Assembly: GCA_003345555.1 (NCBI GenBank)
Contig: PRDJ01000063.1
Location: 967-24,966, forward strand
From: Candidatus Thorarchaeota archaeon
GTDB taxonomy: Archaea > Asgardarchaeota > Thorarchaeia > Thorarchaeales > Thorarchaeaceae
DNA: 24,000 bases
Direction: 5' to 3'
This document shows, in pieces, positions 20,606 through 24,000 of the stretch (the stretch's first letter is position 1; the number at the start of each line of letters is the position of its first letter). The notes beneath the pieces were generated by a model. It did no database searches. It worked only from the letters and a program-made list of their open reading frames with translations, and was not told the DNA's origin. A program made the translations under genes and the position numbers.

Positions 20606-22153
20606 ATGAATCGTGGAGCAGCTGTACTTGTGCTCTCGTTGGTACTAGTGGCCGCAGGCCTCGCAGTGGGTCTGTTTGTCTTTCAACCCATAAGAGAATC
20701 TCCAGCAATCTCGGTCCAAGGGGGATACCTAGTTGGTACGTCAAGTGATACTGCATTGGTTCGGGCTATGAGCCTAAGTCTAGACATCACGCTGCTTTGG
20801 GAATCTCAGTCAGGAGTCGGCTTGTTCAGAATCAATGTGACCAACATAGATACCGAGAGAATGATTGCAGAATCGGATGCACAGGTCACCGTTGTTGCAG
20901 TCGGGTATAGCTCCAAGACTTTCGAAGTACGTACGACCGCACTGAAGGCCGAGCTCAGTCTACGGCATACGTCCTCAGATTCCATTCGATTCTATGTCTT
21001 CGGCGATTCACAAGGCTATCAAGGCGGAATGCAGCAAATCGTATTATCTGCGAACGAGAACAGACCAGACTTTCTGTTCCACTGCGGAGACCTTACGCCC
21101 TTCGGTCAGGAGAACCAGTACGTTAGTTTCACGCAGGCTCTTCATAATCTGACAATACCTTTGTTCGCTACCACTGGAAATCACGACGTACGCAAGGGGG
21201 GCGACTTGCGATACCTTCAACACTTTGGTCCTTCCAGTTATTCGTTTGATTTTGGCGCTGCACACTTTACAGTTCTCGATACTTCCAGTGGCAATGTTTC
21301 GGAGGCGGCCTATAGTTGGCTAGCTAACGATATCATCGGATCTTCTGCAGAATGGAAGATTGTATTCACTCACATTCCCCCGTTTGATCCACGCCCCGGA
21401 GGAAACCATACGTTAGGTAATACCACTACAGCCGAACGGTTGATGAATCTGTTCAAGACTTCGGGTGTAAACATAGTGTTTGCCGGCCACATTCATGTAT
21501 TCAATGAAACCATCTTCGGTGGTGTGCATTATGTAATCACAGGGGGCGCCGGCGCGACCGTATCTCCGAGTTCACAAGGAGGAACGTACCACTATGTCAA
21601 CGTCACATTACAAGGGTCAAATCTCCTGATGAATGTCATACCGTTGAGTCCTCCAATTCTGGCCGTTGGCACAATTACAATTCGAGGGGTTTTAGATAGT
21701 ATGACGGTCTCGCTTGAGGATTTGGGAACACTCACAACTATCGTGGGTTCATCGTCATTCCAGAATCAGTATGGCAACTGGGGCGGACTAGGCGAATACA
21801 GAGGAGTCCGAGTATCAGACTTGGTCGACATGGTTGGTGGAATGACAACGAATGAATTACTGTCCGTGTCAGCGTTCGATGGTTACCAACGACTGTACTC
21901 CTACTGGAATGTCTATCCCAATGATTCTTGGCATTCACTGCAGGGCGACATGATACTCGCATATGAGTTCAACGAGACATTGGGCCCAACTTGGCAAGAC
22001 GGTCCGAGGATCGCAATGCTCGCACCCGACGGCGCTTACAGCAACGATGACTGTTTGGCTACTTCGGCTCCGGGGCTAGGCTTCTACTATTACCCGTCTG
22101 CGGGCGCGCTCTGGGTTAGGTGCGTAGTACTTATTGAGGTGAATCACGAGTGA
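20606..22153 (+). CDS. membrane-anchored extracytoplasmic metallophosphoesterase (purple-acid-phosphatase-like layout) with a C-terminal molybdopterin-oxidoreductase-like beta domain
   Basis: An N-terminal signal-anchor is present (AAVLVLSLVLVAAGLAVGLFVF). The phosphoesterase motifs are FGDSQG, HCGDLTPFG, TGNHD, FTHIPP and AGHIHVF. There are eight N-x-S/T sequons. The C-terminal 160 aa (YRGVRVSDLV, SVSAFDGY, ILAYEFNE, WVRCVVLIEV) resemble the SUOX/YedY-type fold. Confidence 0.8.
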   Translation: MNRGAAVLVLSLVLVAAGLAVGLFVFQPIRESPAISVQGGYLVGTSSDTALVRAMSLSLDITLLWESQSGVGLFRINVTNIDTERMIAESDAQVTVVAVGYSSKTFEVRTTALKAELSLRHTSSDSIRFYVFGDSQGYQGGMQQIVLSANENRPDFLFHCGDLTPFGQENQYVSFTQALHNLTIPLFATTGNHDVRKGGDLRYLQHFGPSSYSFDFGAAHFTVLDTSSGNVSEAAYSWLANDIIGSSAEWKIVFTHIPPFDPRPGGNHTLGNTTTAERLMNLFKTSGVNIVFAGHIHVFNETIFGGVHYVITGGAGATVSPSSQGGTYHYVNVTLQGSNLLMNVIPLSPPILAVGTITIRGVLDSMTVSLEDLGTLTTIVGSSSFQNQYGNWGGLGEYRGVRVSDLVDMVGGMTTNELLSVSAFDGYQRLYSYWNVYPNDSWHSLQGDMILAYEFNETLGPTWQDGPRIAMLAPDGAYSNDDCLATSAPGLGFYYYPSAGALWVRCVVLIEVNHE

Positions 22154-23214
22154 GTCTTGACCGTTCAACGGCACAAATGACCCGTGAAATCGTAACGGTC
22201 GCTGTTCTGGCCTCCCTCGGTGGCGCTCTAAGCACCTTTGTAGGCTATCTAGGTAATCTCATAAATGCCGGCCTGGGTGTGCCATTTGGAGCAGGCCAGT
22301 TCATGGCTGGTCTCCATGTCTTCTGGATTGTGCTGATCAGACTATTGGTGCCGAAGAGGGGGGTCGGAACCGCAGGAGGTCTTCTGAAGGGCTTCGTTGA
22401 GTTCCTGACAGGCAGCACACACGGAATTGTCGTTGTGTTGGTATCCGTCATTCAGGGCGCTATTGTGGATCTGGGTGCTACCTTGGGGGGAAGACCATCC
22501 CCCGCAGGACCCGGGGCGAAGCTCGTGTGGTGGCTTTCAGCCGGTGTCTCTTCTGCTTCCAACGTGTTAGCGCTCCAATTCCTCTACTTCTCAGGCGCAC
22601 CTGCAATCTACCTCTTCCTAATCGCAGTCCTCGCTTTCTGCTCTGGAATCATCTTTGGCGGCTATTTCGCATGGGAAACAATGCAGTTCCTATATGACGC
22701 AAGAGTCATAGTTCCCGTCTCTGAAGCGGCGGTGCCAGTTCTCTCATCTAAGCGGAGGATAAGGATTCGAAATCTCCCGGCCATAGTACTGATTCTTTTC
22801 CTAATTGTCGGCTCATCCTTCTATCTTGCGTTTGTGATGAAGGCTTTGTCAGACCCGTACTCTTGCGAAGTTACGGGGCTCGTCACAAATCCGTATACTT
22901 TCACATACTCAGCATTTGCTGGTGAGCAGGTTACAATTGTGGCCGAACTCAAGGGCGCGTATATCTCTCTCCCTCCCGCGAATTACACTGGGGTTCTTCT
23001 GAGTGTAATTCTGGCGAATGCAAGTCCGCAGTCAGGAGCTTCCATGTTGAGCGTGAGCGCACGGGATGGCTACGTTGTAGATTTCGGCCTGGATGGCGTT
23101 CTCGCTGATGGCCATTTACTGCTGACAAGAGCTGACGATGGTCTCTGGCTTATTGCCGGAAACTATGCCGGTTCGATGTGGGTAAAACAGGTCACTACTC
23201 TCAGAGTGTACTAG
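22150..23214 (+). CDS. ECF-transporter S-component-like membrane protein (YkoE-like) fused through an extra TM helix to an extracytoplasmic domain paralogous to the upstream phosphoesterase C-terminus
   Basis: There are six hydrophobic helices, with GLLKGFVEFLTGSTHGIVVVLVSVIQGAIVDLG resembling YkoE/ABC_cobalt-type S components. A KRRIRIR loop follows, then TM7 (LPAIVLILFLIVGSSFYLAFVM), then a 124-aa domain (YTGVLLSVIL, SVSARDGY, WVKQVTTLRV). The GTG start overlaps the upstream stop (GTGA). Confidence 0.7.
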   Translation: MSLDRSTAQMTREIVTVAVLASLGGALSTFVGYLGNLINAGLGVPFGAGQFMAGLHVFWIVLIRLLVPKRGVGTAGGLLKGFVEFLTGSTHGIVVVLVSVIQGAIVDLGATLGGRPSPAGPGAKLVWWLSAGVSSASNVLALQFLYFSGAPAIYLFLIAVLAFCSGIIFGGYFAWETMQFLYDARVIVPVSEAAVPVLSSKRRIRIRNLPAIVLILFLIVGSSFYLAFVMKALSDPYSCEVTGLVTNPYTFTYSAFAGEQVTIVAELKGAYISLPPANYTGVLLSVILANASPQSGASMLSVSARDGYVVDFGLDGVLADGHLLLTRADDGLWLIAGNYAGSMWVKQVTTLRVY

Positions 23215-23226
23215 GCGAGAACCACT

Positions 23227-24000
23227 ATGCTTGAAGCGCGTCACGTCACTTTCTCCTATGATGGAATACAACCTGTACTTCGTTCCATAGACCTGACGCT
23301 TCAACGAGGGGAGACTCTACTAATCACGGGCCCAACCGGTTCGGGAAAGTCGACTCTGGCCAAGTTCCTCTGTGGATTCATACCACGAATCGTCCGTGGC
23401 GAATGTTCCGGTGTACTGTCCATCGACGGTGACGACGCCGATTCTCTTACACTAACCGAAATTGCGCGGAAAGTATCTCTCGTACAGCAGGATCCCGAGA
23501 GCCAGATTTGTACCCTTACGGTAAGTGACGAGGTAGCATTCGGACCAGAGAACTACCTGATTAAACCCGAAGTTATGACCCGCCTAGTTGACTCGTCGTT
23601 GGCATCTATCGGATCATCTCATCTTGCTGGTCGTTTGACTTATGCATTGTCCGGTGGAGAGAAACAGCGGGTTGTGATAGCTTCAATGCTTGCGTGCCAA
23701 CCTGACTATCTGATTCTAGATGAACCCTCGTCGAGTCTAGATCAGAAAGGCATTCTCCAGCTCGGACAGATATTGAGTGAGCTGAAGAAAAAGAACTTGG
23801 GTGTCATATGCATTGAACATCATCTTGAGCCATTCCTGCCGTCGGCAGACCGTGTTCTATCATTATCTGAGGGCAGACTGTTTCCTTGGGCCCAAGACGT
23901 TGGCCGGAGGGGCGGCCCATTCCAAAATCATTCTGTTCTGCCAATCGAGACCGATGCCCTCGCTTCAATGAAGAATGTCAGTTTTGCCTATGCAGACAGG
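23227..24000 (+). CDS. ECF/ABC transporter ATP-binding protein, apparently a fused double ATPase (YkoD-like); partial, runs off the window
   Basis: I translated this by hand and found it open to nt 24000. The Walker A motif is GPTGSGKST, the Q-loop is VQQDPESQI, the signature is LSGGEKQR, the Walker B is LILDEP and the H-loop is CIEHH. A second ABC domain starts after residue 245 (MKNVSFAYADR). Confidence 0.85.
   Translation, partial: MLEARHVTFSYDGIQPVLRSIDLTLQRGETLLITGPTGSGKSTLAKFLCGFIPRIVRGECSGVLSIDGDDADSLTLTEIARKVSLVQQDPESQICTLTVSDEVAFGPENYLIKPEVMTRLVDSSLASIGSSHLAGRLTYALSGGEKQRVVIASMLACQPDYLILDEPSSSLDQKGILQLGQILSELKKKNLGVICIEHHLEPFLPSADRVLSLSEGRLFPWAQDVGRRGGPFQNHSVLPIETDALASMKNVSFAYADR

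Overview
This window looks like an archaeal chromosomal segment of about 50% GC, densely packed and mostly housekeeping. All family calls below come from motif recognition by eye; no database search was possible. The recognisable genes are aMBF1, TFE, an S4/TlyA-like methyltransferase, a GH1 beta-glycosidase, a UPF0016 (GDT1-like) transporter, GatD/GatE, PGK, RpiA, a PIN-PilT-type ATPase, an EndA-family tRNA-intron endonuclease subunit, a hydrogenase maturation protease, MtnA, a prenyltransferase-repeat protein and a kinase-fold protein. There are six tRNA genes. All six encode a 3' CCA and five are interrupted by introns. Two of the introns sit at non-canonical positions: tRNA-Val(UAC) at about 44/45, and tRNA-Arg(CCU) inside the D-loop. 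The EndA homologue in the window has no histidine anywhere in its catalytic domain, and it is translationally coupled to the PIN-ATPase gene. The most unusual locus is the right end (20.5-24 kb). It has a 13-bp perfect inverted repeat, then a membrane-anchored, sequon-rich metallophosphoesterase. Next comes an ECF-type S-component carrying an extra seventh TM helix and an extracytoplasmic domain paralogous to the phosphoesterase C-terminus, then a fused double ECF ATPase that runs off the window. I read this as a candidate dephosphorylate-then-import module. Other items are a TM, coiled-coil and (GGPPS)n protein, a LURP-one/YxjI-like protein, and two genes whose conserved N-termini are out of frame with the best-placed ATG. 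I saw no CRISPR array, rRNA or obvious mobile element.
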